Positions 37,009 through 46,066 of a DNA stretch of 64,000 bases are shown piece after piece. This DNA comes from a virus (lineage: Duplodnaviria; Caudoviricetes): IMG/VR virus record IMGVR_UViG_3300045015_000053. One strand, given 5' to 3'. Below the pieces are notes generated by a model. That model was not told the DNA's origin and ran no database searches. It saw nothing but the letters and a program-made list of their open reading frames with translations. The position numbers were made by a program, and so were the translations under genes. The first letter of the stretch is position 1. Each line of letters starts with the position of its first letter.

Positions 37009-37515
37009 ATGGGTTCCAAACCACACAGCAGGCCGTGGCACAACGGCACAATCGAAGACTGCGAAATCAAAGAGCCGAGGCTCTACAATCGCGAAGAAGT
37101 CGATCAGCCGATGCTCGACATTCGCGAAGAGGCCAACAAAGCTCGCGAGAGCGGGATCATCGGCGAGTCCGGCGCGGAAGCATTCTTCTGCAACACCACC
37201 GTCTGCATCAAAGAGAAGAATGACGCCTTGAAGTTGTCGGGCCTCCAGTGCCACGACGACCTCATCATGGATCTGTTCAAAGAGAAGTGCGAGCAGTACA
37301 AACGCGGTCACGACCGCATCAAAGACATCCGCGAGGAACAGGTGCAGCAAGAAAAGCTGCTCGAAGCTCTCGCTTTGAAGATCGGTTACGACGCGGTTTC
37401 CTTCTCGGAGTACGGCGTCAAAGTCAGTCGCGGGTTGTTGAAGCAGAACTTCCCCTCGATTTACGACAATCGCGGGCGTAGAATCGAAAACTACGGTGAC
37501 GGTTGGGATGCCTGA
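37009..37515 (+). CDS. hypothetical protein
   Basis: GAGGA RBS. Confidence 0.8.
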   Translation: MGSKPHSRPWHNGTIEDCEIKEPRLYNREEVDQPMLDIREEANKARESGIIGESGAEAFFCNTTVCIKEKNDALKLSGLQCHDDLIMDLFKEKCEQYKRGHDRIKDIREEQVQQEKLLEALALKIGYDAVSFSEYGVKVSRGLLKQNFPSIYDNRGRRIENYGDGWDA

Positions 37516-37524
37516 GATTTTTGG

Positions 37525-37553
37525 TTGACAACGGTGCGAAACTGGCCTACATT
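37525..37553 (+). promoter_or_regulatory. sigma70 promoter TTGACA-N17-TACATT
   Basis: Perfect -35 and canonical spacing. Confidence 0.85.
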
Positions 37554-37590
37554 GATTTCATCAGGCCGCAGCACCACCCGTGGGCCGCAA

Positions 37591-37620
37591 CCCCGGAGCG
37601 AGCCAAAATTCGCTCCGGGG
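37591..37620 (+). other. 11-bp GC-rich hairpin in the 5' leader of the Pth2-like gene
   Basis: CCCCGGAGCGA-gccaaaat-TCGCTCCGGGG. Confidence 0.75.
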
Positions 37621-37645
37621 CATTTAACTCAAACTGGATACTACG

Positions 37646-38026
37646 ATGAAGACTCAGATCACTGCCGAACACCTGTAGGTTTCTGAAGAGAACACTCCGT
37701 ACTGTTACCTCTTCTTGCGGGAAGATCTTCCCCGCGTCTACAGTGCGGTCCAAGCGTGCCATGCCGCCATCGGCGGCGGGCAGTTCTTGATCCCCCAAAA
37801 CATCCCACACCCGCACCTCGTTCTGCTCAGGGCTTCCTCCGAGCAGGAGCTTCGCAACATCGCGTCCCGTTTGGAACGCGACGGGGTACGTCATTACGTT
37901 TTCACCGAGCCAGACATCGGTAATCAAACTACTGCGTTGATTACCGAGCCGGTATATGGTGACAAGCGTCGAGCGTTCCGTCGTTATCGCTGTGTGAACG
38001 AACCGCCGAAATTAGATAGCGGATAA
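37646..38026 (+). CDS. peptidyl-tRNA hydrolase II (Pth2)-like protein with an in-frame TAG at codon 11
   Basis: MKTQITAEHL*VSEENTPYCYLFLREDL...AVQACHAA...LVLLRA..E.EL...F.EPDIGNQTTAL; TAG at 37676-37678. Confidence 0.75.
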
Positions 38027-38064
38027 TTGTATGGAAACACATATGTGTTTCCATACATGGCGGC

Positions 38065-38544
38065 ATGGAAACAATCACTTGTATTCGATGCCGCCAATCC
38101 AAACCTCCAGAAGCTTTTCGTTTTAGAAACAAGTCTCTGGGGAAACGAGACACGCGATGTCGCGAATGTTTTTGCGACTATCACAAGCTGGTTTACGACC
38201 GGCTAACACCAGAACAAAAACAACAAAAAACGAAGTCTTCAACCGACTGTCGGAGGCGACTTAGGGCGAAGCTACATGCGGTGGTGTGGAATTACCTGTC
38301 TACGCACCCATGTGTGGATTGCGGTGAAAACGACCCGGTCGTTCTGGAGTTCGATCACCGCGATCCTGAGCAAAAAGTAGAAACGATCTGCGGCTTGCTC
38401 AGAAATCTGGCTGACAACCACACGCTGCTGACTGAAATTGCAAAATGCGACGTAAGGTGTGCCAATTGCCACCGACGCAAAACAGCAAAGCAATTTGGTT
38501 GGCACGCATTACGAGAGACTTATTATGAACACGAAAACGAATGA
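38065..38544 (+). CDS. HNH homing endonuclease
   Basis: CIRC, CRECF, HPCVDCGE, LEFDHRDP, CANCHRRKT; lower GC than flanking genes. Confidence 0.9.
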   Translation: METITCIRCRQSKPPEAFRFRNKSLGKRDTRCRECFCDYHKLVYDRLTPEQKQQKTKSSTDCRRRLRAKLHAVVWNYLSTHPCVDCGENDPVVLEFDHRDPEQKVETICGLLRNLADNHTLLTEIAKCDVRCANCHRRKTAKQFGWHALRETYYEHENE

Positions 38545-39016
38545 AAAGGGTGCCTTCGAGGGTCGATTTGGTTGGCACCCGTGCGACCGGGAAACCTACC
38601 TCAAGCTGAAGCTGATCCACAAGGTCTTCTGGGAGTCGATCTTCCGGTCGGCCCAGTGGTATCGGTGGGACCGCAAGGAACCCCAGAACCGCGTACAGCG
38701 GTTCCATCGGGTCGAGGGCAAGCGGGAGAAGCTGTTTCCGCCGAAGCCGCTGCCCGAACCGAAGCTTCCGCCGTACCTGCTGAAGATCGAACACAAGAAG
38801 ATCCACCGGACGTACACCGGGGACTACAAGCAGTGGATCGACCACGAGAAAGAAGTGGTCTGGTACACGCTGAAGATGAACCCGGACCTGTACGCGGCCG
38901 TCGCGGACTTCCAGAACGCGCGGACGCCGGTGATCGAAAGTCAGGTTCGGCCGCTGTCCTGCACGGCCGAAAAGATCGAAACCCTGTACCAGCAAGCCGT
39001 GGAGTGGCTTCGCTGA
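38525..39016 (+). CDS. hypothetical phage protein (FGWHPCD..TYLKLK motif)
   Basis: Clean ORF with high GC3. Confidence 0.8.
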   Translation: MNTKTNEKGAFEGRFGWHPCDRETYLKLKLIHKVFWESIFRSAQWYRWDRKEPQNRVQRFHRVEGKREKLFPPKPLPEPKLPPYLLKIEHKKIHRTYTGDYKQWIDHEKEVVWYTLKMNPDLYAAVADFQNARTPVIESQVRPLSCTAEKIETLYQQAVEWLR

Positions 39017-39021
39017 GAAAC

Positions 39022-39063
39022 AAGAAGCCCGGTAGTCAAAAAGACTACCGGGCTTCTTACATA
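39022..39063 (+). terminator. terminator hairpin running into a late-like box TTACATA
   Basis: AAGAAGCCCGGTAGTC-aaaaa-GACTACCGGGCTTCTT; box at 39057-39063, ATG at 39068. Confidence 0.7.
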
Positions 39064-39067
39064 ACGT

Positions 39068-39652
39068 ATGCAAACGTCTTTCCTTTTGTGGATCGAAAAC
39101 AAAGATCCCGAACTCGCCCGTCTGTTGGAAGCGGAATGGGGCCGACGCGACCGCAAGGGCCGCGTGGGACTCATCGCCGGTTCCGCCGCCGCTGCCGCCG
39201 CTGCTCTGGCTGGAGCTTGGTGGATGGGCGGCAGCGATGCAAAACCCACTTCCCACGCCGCGCCCCTGCCCGCACAAGTTGCTAAGAAAGAAGCCTCTCC
39301 GAAGCCGGTTTCGACGGAATTAGACTGGTACACGGGGCCGGACAAAGAGTATATTTTCAAGTACGCTTGTGACCCGTCGAACAACGGAAACACTTACTTC
39401 CGTTACTATGGTAGAGACGGGGCGACACAAGAGGGTTGGATCGCCAGAGTTCAGATGCCGGCTTCCGACACACAACCTCTGCGAGACGAAGACCTCGAAG
39501 CCCGGTTCAAGAGGCTCGCCCACGACGCCACGGACAAGATGAAGGACGTAAAGTGGCAGATCATAGCAAAAGGCCGAAAGAATCCGTACCCCAGAGAGGC
39601 GGGGACGGTGGAGATCGTGCTGTACGCCAAAAAACCAGTCGGAGAAAGATGA
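39068..39652 (+). CDS. putative capsid-internal protein with a TM segment
   Basis: MQTSFLLWIENKDPELARLLEAE; Ala-rich hydrophobic stretch. Confidence 0.7.
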   Translation: MQTSFLLWIENKDPELARLLEAEWGRRDRKGRVGLIAGSAAAAAAALAGAWWMGGSDAKPTSHAAPLPAQVAKKEASPKPVSTELDWYTGPDKEYIFKYACDPSNNGNTYFRYYGRDGATQEGWIARVQMPASDTQPLRDEDLEARFKRLAHDATDKMKDVKWQIIAKGRKNPYPREAGTVEIVLYAKKPVGER

Positions 39653-40650
39653 GCGAGACTGAAACCCAGTCGCCCGCCCGTTACCGTATTCAAGTAATTG
39701 TGAACCGCGAGATCATCTGCTCGCCCGCGAACGTGGACGAAACCGTGTCCTTCGAGTTGGGACGGCTCGCCAGTATGGGCTGCACATGCGTCGGCCACAA
39801 CGTCACCAAGATCAAAGAAAAGCCCCAGAAAAAGCGGCTCGGCGAGTTCACGCTCGATGACGTGATCCCCTACATCGCTACCTGCTCCCAACGAAACTAC
39901 GTCGCCAACGGCCACACCTACACCGTGCGAATGAACTCGCAGCGGTACTTCGTGTTCCGCGACAGTCCGAGTTGCGTGGCGTGCGGCTTGACCGGCACCA
40001 AGATGATCTTGGAACAGCATCCCGGTGACAAAACCGCTCACTTCAACCTGTACGCCGAAGAGAACGGCGAACTGGTGCTGATGACGAAGGACCACATCCG
40101 CGCCAGGAGTGCCGGCGGCGAGGACCGCCACAGCAACTACCAGACGATGTGCAGTATCTGCAACAACATCAAGGCACACGAGTCGGTCGCACTGGAAGAC
40201 CTCAGAAATCTGAGAGCGATCTACAACCGGCACGTCAACACGATGGCGAAGCGGGAATTGCACAAGGTTCTCGAAGAGGCCAAGAGACAGGTCGTCAGGA
40301 AGTCACTGCAAGAGGCGAAATGGGACGCAACTTACATTACGCAGCAGGATCTGAACGTTTTTGTCTATACTGACGGGGAACTGGAAGCGGTCAGCGTTTA
40401 CGCGCCGCTCGACGGCGAACACGTCTCTTGCATCTGCAAGGGGTGTCCGATGTCGGGAACGGTAGTCAACGGCTGGTTCGTGGCCGAACTCGTGGACGGC
40501 ACCAAAGTGCGTATGCCGTCTCGGTTCGTCAGACTCCTCGAAAAGAGTGGCGACGATGAAACGGGACTGTCGGACTCTGGAACTGCGTGTAATGACTTCG
40601 CCGAAGACTTGGGAGAAGTTCAAGCAGAAGGTGCGGGAAGCACGTCCTGA
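39649..40650 (+). CDS. HNH-domain protein
   Basis: CVACG, MTKDHIRARSAGGED, NYQTMCSICNNIKA. Confidence 0.85.
   Translation: MSETETQSPARYRIQVIVNREIICSPANVDETVSFELGRLASMGCTCVGHNVTKIKEKPQKKRLGEFTLDDVIPYIATCSQRNYVANGHTYTVRMNSQRYFVFRDSPSCVACGLTGTKMILEQHPGDKTAHFNLYAEENGELVLMTKDHIRARSAGGEDRHSNYQTMCSICNNIKAHESVALEDLRNLRAIYNRHVNTMAKRELHKVLEEAKRQVVRKSLQEAKWDATYITQQDLNVFVYTDGELEAVSVYAPLDGEHVSCICKGCPMSGTVVNGWFVAELVDGTKVRMPSRFVRLLEKSGDDETGLSDSGTACNDFAEDLGEVQAEGAGSTS
40363..40374 (+). promoter_or_regulatory. GTCTATACTGAC box inside coding sequence
   Basis: Exact motif about 220 nt upstream of ATG 40592. Confidence 0.5.
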
Positions 40651-41023
40651 TTTCCCGCCCTACGCCCGCGCCTTCTGTGCCATGCTCCTGTACGTCTTGG
40701 AGAACGCCGACGAAGGCGTCTTCAAAAGCAACCAGACCGCCATTCTCGCCCGCCTTCCCTTCACTCAGTACAACATGATGGTTGGGCCTGAGCGGGACAG
40801 GCAGCTTTTCTTCTACACCCCGTTCGGCGACACGATCTTCGTGACGGACGAAAAGCACTTTTTGGACGAAACGACCTCAAGTGACGCACTTCTGGAGCCG
40901 ATCCAGATTGTGTACCCCGATTGCCTCGACCGCGACGAACTGAAATGGACGCGATTCCCGCTCCCGTTCGGTTCACACGGCCAGAACGCGATCAACCTGA
41001 ACTCATTCGGAAAATGGTCATGA
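40592..41023 (+). CDS. hypothetical protein
   Basis: ORF coupled to the downstream gene. Confidence 0.7.
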   Translation: MTSPKTWEKFKQKVREARPDFPPYARAFCAMLLYVLENADEGVFKSNQTAILARLPFTQYNMMVGPERDRQLFFYTPFGDTIFVTDEKHFLDETTSSDALLEPIQIVYPDCLDRDELKWTRFPLPFGSHGQNAINLNSFGKWS

Positions 41024-41466
41024 AAGATCTTCTTCGCAATCTGCATGTCGTCACCACGCACCAAACGTGGAGCCTGTTCGTGAAACAGGTTTCTGCAATC
41101 CCAGAGGCCACGCCAGAAACCGCCTTCCGTCAGATTCTGAAAATGGCAATTCAGACCTTCCCCGCAGCACGGTATTCTGACAACATGAAGGCACTGCGCA
41201 AAAGATGGGAAGGGAAAGCGGCCAGCGTCAAGGCGTGGACTGCCAGCATCGGTCTGCCTAGCGAGGCCGAAACCTTCCAGATCATCCCGGCCGAAAATAG
41301 GCTTGTGTTTTCCGCCGAGAAGTGTGGTGTGCCGTTTTTGGAAGACATGATCCAGATCGCATATCCTGAGTGCATGTACAAGCCGTTTAACTGGATGCCG
41401 TTTAGCCGTCAAGTAGTTTTTGAAGGTCAAAACAAGTCCGGCATTAACATTGGAGACGTGAAGTGA
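41020..41466 (+). CDS. hypothetical protein
   Basis: ATGA coupling. Confidence 0.75.
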   Translation: MKDLLRNLHVVTTHQTWSLFVKQVSAIPEATPETAFRQILKMAIQTFPAARYSDNMKALRKRWEGKAASVKAWTASIGLPSEAETFQIIPAENRLVFSAEKCGVPFLEDMIQIAYPECMYKPFNWMPFSRQVVFEGQNKSGINIGDVK

Positions 41467-42740
41467 ACCCCAACATCCGCCCACTCCCCGACAAAATCGG
41501 CGTCGGCTTCCTGAGTCCTGAAAAGATCGGCGCGAGCGATTACCGCGAGGAGCGGGCCGCTCACGTCTGGCACTACTTCTTCACACCAGAACGTTGGACT
41601 TGGCCGCTGTGGGACTCGGCCGATCAAGAGAAACCCGGCCCGTCGTTCAAGATCGACGCCTTCTCGCCCAATCTCAACAAGAGCCTGCACTTCGGCCATT
41701 TGCGTCAACTCGCACTGGCCCATTGCATCGGCCGTCTACTGCCACGCACGCAATTCGTTTCGCTGTTGGGATGCACCGGCATCCTTCAGTCGGCACAAGA
41801 CGAACTGAAGGACTGGCTCGATTTCCTCAACATGCGTCCGAAACTGTACTACGACGCCCTGATGCCGCACGACCCGACCATCGTGGAGCGTCACGATGGA
41901 GAAGGCGACAAGGCCGGCGCGATGGTGTGGGACGGACCACTCGGCCCGGTCGTCGTCATGCGGAAGCCGGACGAATCGGGTCACCGCCGTCCGACTTATG
42001 CCTTCCACGATCTCGCTTTTGCGAAGATCGTGGGACCGGACTATTACATCACCGGCGCGGAACAAGTTGAACACTTCCGCAGTCTGGGGTTGGGCAACAA
42101 GCACCTGCCGATGGGCCTCGTCGTTGACGCCGAGGGCAAAAAGCTGAAGAGTCGTTCCGGTGACGCGATGACGGCCAAAGAGGGCTTCGAGGCGGTCGAA
42201 CTCGCCATGAAGCCGGTTCCAGATCCGAAGAAGATCGTCTGGAACATCGTGGCGTGGAACATGCTGTCGGTCGGCCGCAGCACGAACGTCAAGTTCGAGC
42301 CGGAAAAGTGGGTGAAGCCGGAAGCTCCGGGGATGTACTGCTCGTACACATGGGCGCGGCTGTACTCCGCTCTGGGCGGGCTGTACCGTGGCGACGGCAG
42401 TGACATGACCCAGAGCGATGCGGAACTGGCGGGGTATTCTCAGTACCGCCACTACTACATCGCGAAGGCTCGCCAGAGCATGGACCCGGCTCCGCTGGCG
42501 AACTACCTGTACGATCTGTGCCGCCGCGCTACGAAGGCGTACCACAGCGAGCGTATTCGTGACGGTCGTCGCGGGTTCCAGTTCGCGGTGAGCCACGCGA
42601 TGAACGGCATCTACGACTGCATGAACGCCCTCGGCCTGTTCCCAATCAAGATGCGGGAGGAAGACGATGTTCGAGACAACGGGGCCGCATTACTGCCCGA
42701 ACTGCGAGCCGATACTGAACAAGAAAGACCGTCGTGTTGA
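41463..42740 (+). CDS. argS: minimal arginyl-tRNA synthetase-like protein
   Basis: SPNLNKSLHFGHLR (HIGH), TYAFHDLA, YITGAEQVEHF, KKLKSRSG (KMSKS), YCSYTWARLYS and YLYDLCRRATKAYH (DALR domain), LGLFPIKM. Confidence 0.85.
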   Translation: MNPNIRPLPDKIGVGFLSPEKIGASDYREERAAHVWHYFFTPERWTWPLWDSADQEKPGPSFKIDAFSPNLNKSLHFGHLRQLALAHCIGRLLPRTQFVSLLGCTGILQSAQDELKDWLDFLNMRPKLYYDALMPHDPTIVERHDGEGDKAGAMVWDGPLGPVVVMRKPDESGHRRPTYAFHDLAFAKIVGPDYYITGAEQVEHFRSLGLGNKHLPMGLVVDAEGKKLKSRSGDAMTAKEGFEAVELAMKPVPDPKKIVWNIVAWNMLSVGRSTNVKFEPEKWVKPEAPGMYCSYTWARLYSALGGLYRGDGSDMTQSDAELAGYSQYRHYYIAKARQSMDPAPLANYLYDLCRRATKAYHSERIRDGRRGFQFAVSHAMNGIYDCMNALGLFPIKMREEDDVRDNGAALLPELRADTEQERPSC

Positions 42741-42936
42741 CGAGCCGCTGAAGCTGGTCGTCAAGAACTACTCAGGGTGCGCCGTGGACATCGCCGTGTG
42801 TCCCCGGTGCAATCACCGCTTCCAGATCTCGTACAAGGTCGATAAGGTTTTGGACGTGGAAGAAGAGTTTCGCAAGATCGAGAGGTCTTACGAAGAACAG
42901 TACGCAAACATTCGAGACAAAAAGAAGAAGAAATGA
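42667..42936 (+). CDS. zinc-ribbon protein
   Basis: CPNC and CPRC; GGGAGG RBS. Confidence 0.75.
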   Translation: MFETTGPHYCPNCEPILNKKDRRVDEPLKLVVKNYSGCAVDIAVCPRCNHRFQISYKVDKVLDVEEEFRKIERSYEEQYANIRDKKKKK

Positions 42937-43316
42937 CACTCGAAGAGTTCCTCGCCGCACCGTATCCCACCAACGCATTCATCGACCGCGAGGGGTGGGA
43001 CACGTTGTACGTCCGCAAGGCTCCCATTGGCGTCAAGATCAACGGCAAAGTCCACCGCGTGAACAAGGTCTTCACGTTCGCGAACATCGGCGTGGACGAG
43101 CCGGGGCAAGGACTGTTCACTAAGTTGGTTGAGGAGTTGGTGGCACAAGGGTGGGCGATCTACGTCGAGTGCGTCCACGACTTGAACCCGCGATTCCAAG
43201 ACGGGTTGCGGCGGCGCGGTTATCTGGAGTTGAGGGAAGAGGGCGGGCGGTCCTCGAACTTTCTGTTCAACTACGAGGGACACACCCACGAATGGGTGTA
43301 TCACGGCGGAATTTAG
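42933..43316 (+). CDS. GNAT-like N-acetyltransferase
   Basis: FANIGVDEPGQGLFTKLV, IYVECV..LNPRF...L.RRGY. Confidence 0.65.
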   Translation: MTLEEFLAAPYPTNAFIDREGWDTLYVRKAPIGVKINGKVHRVNKVFTFANIGVDEPGQGLFTKLVEELVAQGWAIYVECVHDLNPRFQDGLRRRGYLELREEGGRSSNFLFNYEGHTHEWVYHGGI

Positions 43317-43990
43317 AGTTCGCGGGGCGACATAATCTTGTCGTACTTGTCGTAGTTGATGTAATCCCTCATCGCCGAACACAGGTATTCGGCCGTCAGT
43401 TCAGAGATGCCCCGGTCGTTCCTGATGTTGCGGGACAGTTCGATCTGCATGCTCGACACTTTGTTGTCGTACTTGTGCTTGCGGAAGAATTGGTTCATGT
43501 TGTTTCTGGCCCACCCACTGTACATGCCGCCGGACTTCCCGACCCACACGTCCATGCCTTCGTTCTGCAACAGCGTGTAGAACAGGTTCTTCCTCCACGG
43601 TTCGCAACTGAAGCTGTTGGGCGACCCCGCGCCGTAGCCGATCACGGCGTCAACGCCGGGTTGAGCGGCCATACCGTGGATGAAGAAGATGTGGCAGAAG
43701 GGGTTCTTTTTCAGTATCTCGTTCTTGAGCGTCCAGAGCGGAATCAAGAACTCGTCAAACACCACATCGACCATGTGGGTCTGGTTATTACAGTCGGCCG
43801 TTTCGGTCGCGTAATCGTAAGCACTGCCCCGTCGCCAGCCGTGGTTGATCACCGCGCTGCACTGCAACAGATCGACCAGATGGTGGGCGACGATGTCCGT
43901 GTTCACGTCGTCGCCTTTGGCCGCGTGAGGAGCGACGATCAGAATGGGCGACTTGCGTCCCCGGTGAATGCCAACTCGTTCCAAATACAT
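43313..43990 (-). CDS. N-formylglutamate amidohydrolase / poly-gamma-glutamate hydrolase-like zinc hydrolase
   Basis: IVAPHA..DD..TD, FFIHGM, MQIELSRNIR. Confidence 0.7.
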   Translation of the reverse strand: MYLERVGIHRGRKSPILIVAPHAAKGDDVNTDIVAHHLVDLLQCSAVINHGWRRGSAYDYATETADCNNQTHMVDVVFDEFLIPLWTLKNEILKKNPFCHIFFIHGMAAQPGVDAVIGYGAGSPNSFSCEPWRKNLFYTLLQNEGMDVWVGKSGGMYSGWARNNMNQFFRKHKYDNKVSSMQIELSRNIRNDRGISELTAEYLCSAMRDYINYDKYDKIMSPREL

Positions 43991-44007
43991 TGTACCCCTC
44001 TGGTATT

Positions 44008-45591
44008 CTAGCCCTTTTTCCTTACCGCGAACCAGTCCCAGTCGTATTTGTTGAGGTAGCTACAAACGTGGCTCCCCAGTTCTTTTGAGTAGCTCTCTTT
44101 GCAGTCTTCCCAACCGGCCAGCCTCAACATGCTCGCCCACCACTCCATTGATCTTATGCAGAGGTGGGTCGGATCTTCGTTTTCATTCGCACGCTTCTGT
44201 CTGTCAAATGAGTTGGCCGTATCTAGTACCGCAAAGAAAGTAGCTCCAGACCGACAGACGCGATTCAACTCTTTCAACACGAACGGAACCAGTTCCGGCC
44301 TCATGTGTTCGAGTACCTGTTGCGAGTGAACGCCTGCGAACTTTTGATCCTCGAACATGTGCATGTTAGCGCCGTCGCCAACGTAAAGTGGGATTTCGGG
44401 CCATTTCTCTCGGCCCAGTTTGACGGTGTATTCGTTCAGGTCGATTCCAGACGGTTTGCAGCCGTTTTCTTGAAGTCCCTTCGCAATCGCGCCGCACGCA
44501 CAACCGAACTCAAGTACCTCTTTGCCTCTCCACTTCATGCAGTCGGCGATCCATCGGCCGTACTCTCGCTGCCAATCTCCGTAGGCGGCATAATCACACC
44601 CCGCCTCTTTGTGCTGTTCGTAGTAGGCTCGGTCATACGCGGTGGACCTGAGCAGTTTGGACTGTTGCATCGGGTTGCCGCAGTACGGAGCCGTTTTCAG
44701 CTTCTCGACAACCGTTTCCAGCAGCGTTGATCTGAAGTCGGCGTAGCGGCGGTATTGGTACTTTCGCTCGAAGTATTCGATGCCGAACGGACGGTTCTTG
44801 GCCTTCATGAACTTGCCGGCGTCGGACGGGATCAGGTGCAGAACGTCGCTCAACTCGAAGAAGTGAATCGGGTGGTGCCTGACCCAAATGCCGATTGACG
44901 GCGTTTGAGTAGCGCCGGCGACGTGTAACGGCCCGCTGTCAACTCCGATGAACAGTTTCGACTTCGAGATCAACGCGGCGATTGTCGCCATGCAGCCGGT
45001 GCTGGTGCCGCCCCACATCGGGTGAAGTTTGTCCGGGTTGAAGATGGTGCGTTGATCGGGGAGCGGGCTTCTCCGGTCCCAGTCGAGGATTACCGGCGTG
45101 TAGTCGTTCCGAACGAGGTGTCTGCACACTTCGCCGACATCATCGTGGTTGATGTTCTTCTTGTCCTGGCTGCTCGTACCCTGATAGTGGATCGTGACGA
45201 TTCCCTTCGACGGCGGCAACGACTTCAGGTAATCGTCAACGAGACTGAGGTGTTGTCGTTCGGGGTCGATCTGATACCTGAACAGCGACTCGTCGGGAGC
45301 GATTTTGAACTCTTCCAGAAGAGATCTGGTGACTTTGCCGCTCGGCAGGTTTTCGTAGCACTGTTGCGGCTCGAACCATTTTGTCGATACGATCTGGTCG
45401 AACGTGAGTTTGGGTGGCCGCGAGCCGCGAACGAACGAGTTTTCGCAAAGTTGTCTGAGGCCGGTGTGTTTGCCAACGGGGATCTCCGTAAACACCTTCC
45501 AGTCGGGTCGGTATTTACGGAGGTGTTTGAGTACGATGGAGAACTGAGCGGTGTCGCCGAGGCCGTGGTTGTGGCTGATAAGTACGTTCAT
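44008..45591 (-). CDS. GT9 (heptosyltransferase-like) glycosyltransferase fused to a class I SAM methyltransferase
   Basis: HGLGD, FIGVDSGPLHVAGAT; VLEFGCACG, GIDLN, QVLEH. Confidence 0.88.
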   Translation of the reverse strand: MNVLISHNHGLGDTAQFSIVLKHLRKYRPDWKVFTEIPVGKHTGLRQLCENSFVRGSRPPKLTFDQIVSTKWFEPQQCYENLPSGKVTRSLLEEFKIAPDESLFRYQIDPERQHLSLVDDYLKSLPPSKGIVTIHYQGTSSQDKKNINHDDVGEVCRHLVRNDYTPVILDWDRRSPLPDQRTIFNPDKLHPMWGGTSTGCMATIAALISKSKLFIGVDSGPLHVAGATQTPSIGIWVRHHPIHFFELSDVLHLIPSDAGKFMKAKNRPFGIEYFERKYQYRRYADFRSTLLETVVEKLKTAPYCGNPMQQSKLLRSTAYDRAYYEQHKEAGCDYAAYGDWQREYGRWIADCMKWRGKEVLEFGCACGAIAKGLQENGCKPSGIDLNEYTVKLGREKWPEIPLYVGDGANMHMFEDQKFAGVHSQQVLEHMRPELVPFVLKELNRVCRSGATFFAVLDTANSFDRQKRANENEDPTHLCIRSMEWWASMLRLAGWEDCKESYSKELGSHVCSYLNKYDWDWFAVRKKG

Positions 45592-45596
45592 CCGCC

Positions 45597-45603
45597 TATT
45601 TAG
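45597..45603 (-). promoter_or_regulatory. late-promoter-like box CTAAATA
   Basis: 5 nt before ATG 45591, the same spacing as at 57555. Confidence 0.65.
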
Positions 45604-45691
45604 CCGCGTCCCAGAACTCTTCCGCTTTCGTCATGGCGGCGATGATGTTGTCCGCGCCGGTGGCCATGCCAGTCGGCAGTCAACCACGTCT

Positions 45692-46066
45692 TCATTTGAC
45701 TTCTCTGTGTTCGTGACCAATGGGGACGCTCATAACCCCGTGTTCGCGACAGGATCGGATCTCGTTCGGATCGTTGTCGTAGTGAAGGCTGACGCCAAGT
45801 TCTTTGGCGAACGGGCCTTTCGGCATGTGGGCAGTATAGACCACTTTGAGGTGATCCAGCCCCAGAATCTTGAGATGCTCGATCAGTACGATTCGGTCTG
45901 GTTTATTAACCCTGTACCACTCTTCTTTGTCGTGCGACGGATCGCGGGCGGTGAGGATTATTACCTCGTCTCCGAAAGCGATGTGATTGTGCAGGATCTC
46001 GCAGATGTGTTCGACGTGGTCGTGGACGCCGGAAATCGTGTCATCGAAGTCGAAACTAACCTTCAT
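45692..46066 (-). CDS. HAD-superfamily phosphatase-like protein
   Basis: MKVSFDFDDT (DxDxT), IILTAR, K, LHYDND. Confidence 0.8.
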   Translation of the reverse strand: MKVSFDFDDTISGVHDHVEHICEILHNHIAFGDEVIILTARDPSHDKEEWYRVNKPDRIVLIEHLKILGLDHLKVVYTAHMPKGPFAKELGVSLHYDNDPNEIRSCREHGVMSVPIGHEHREVK

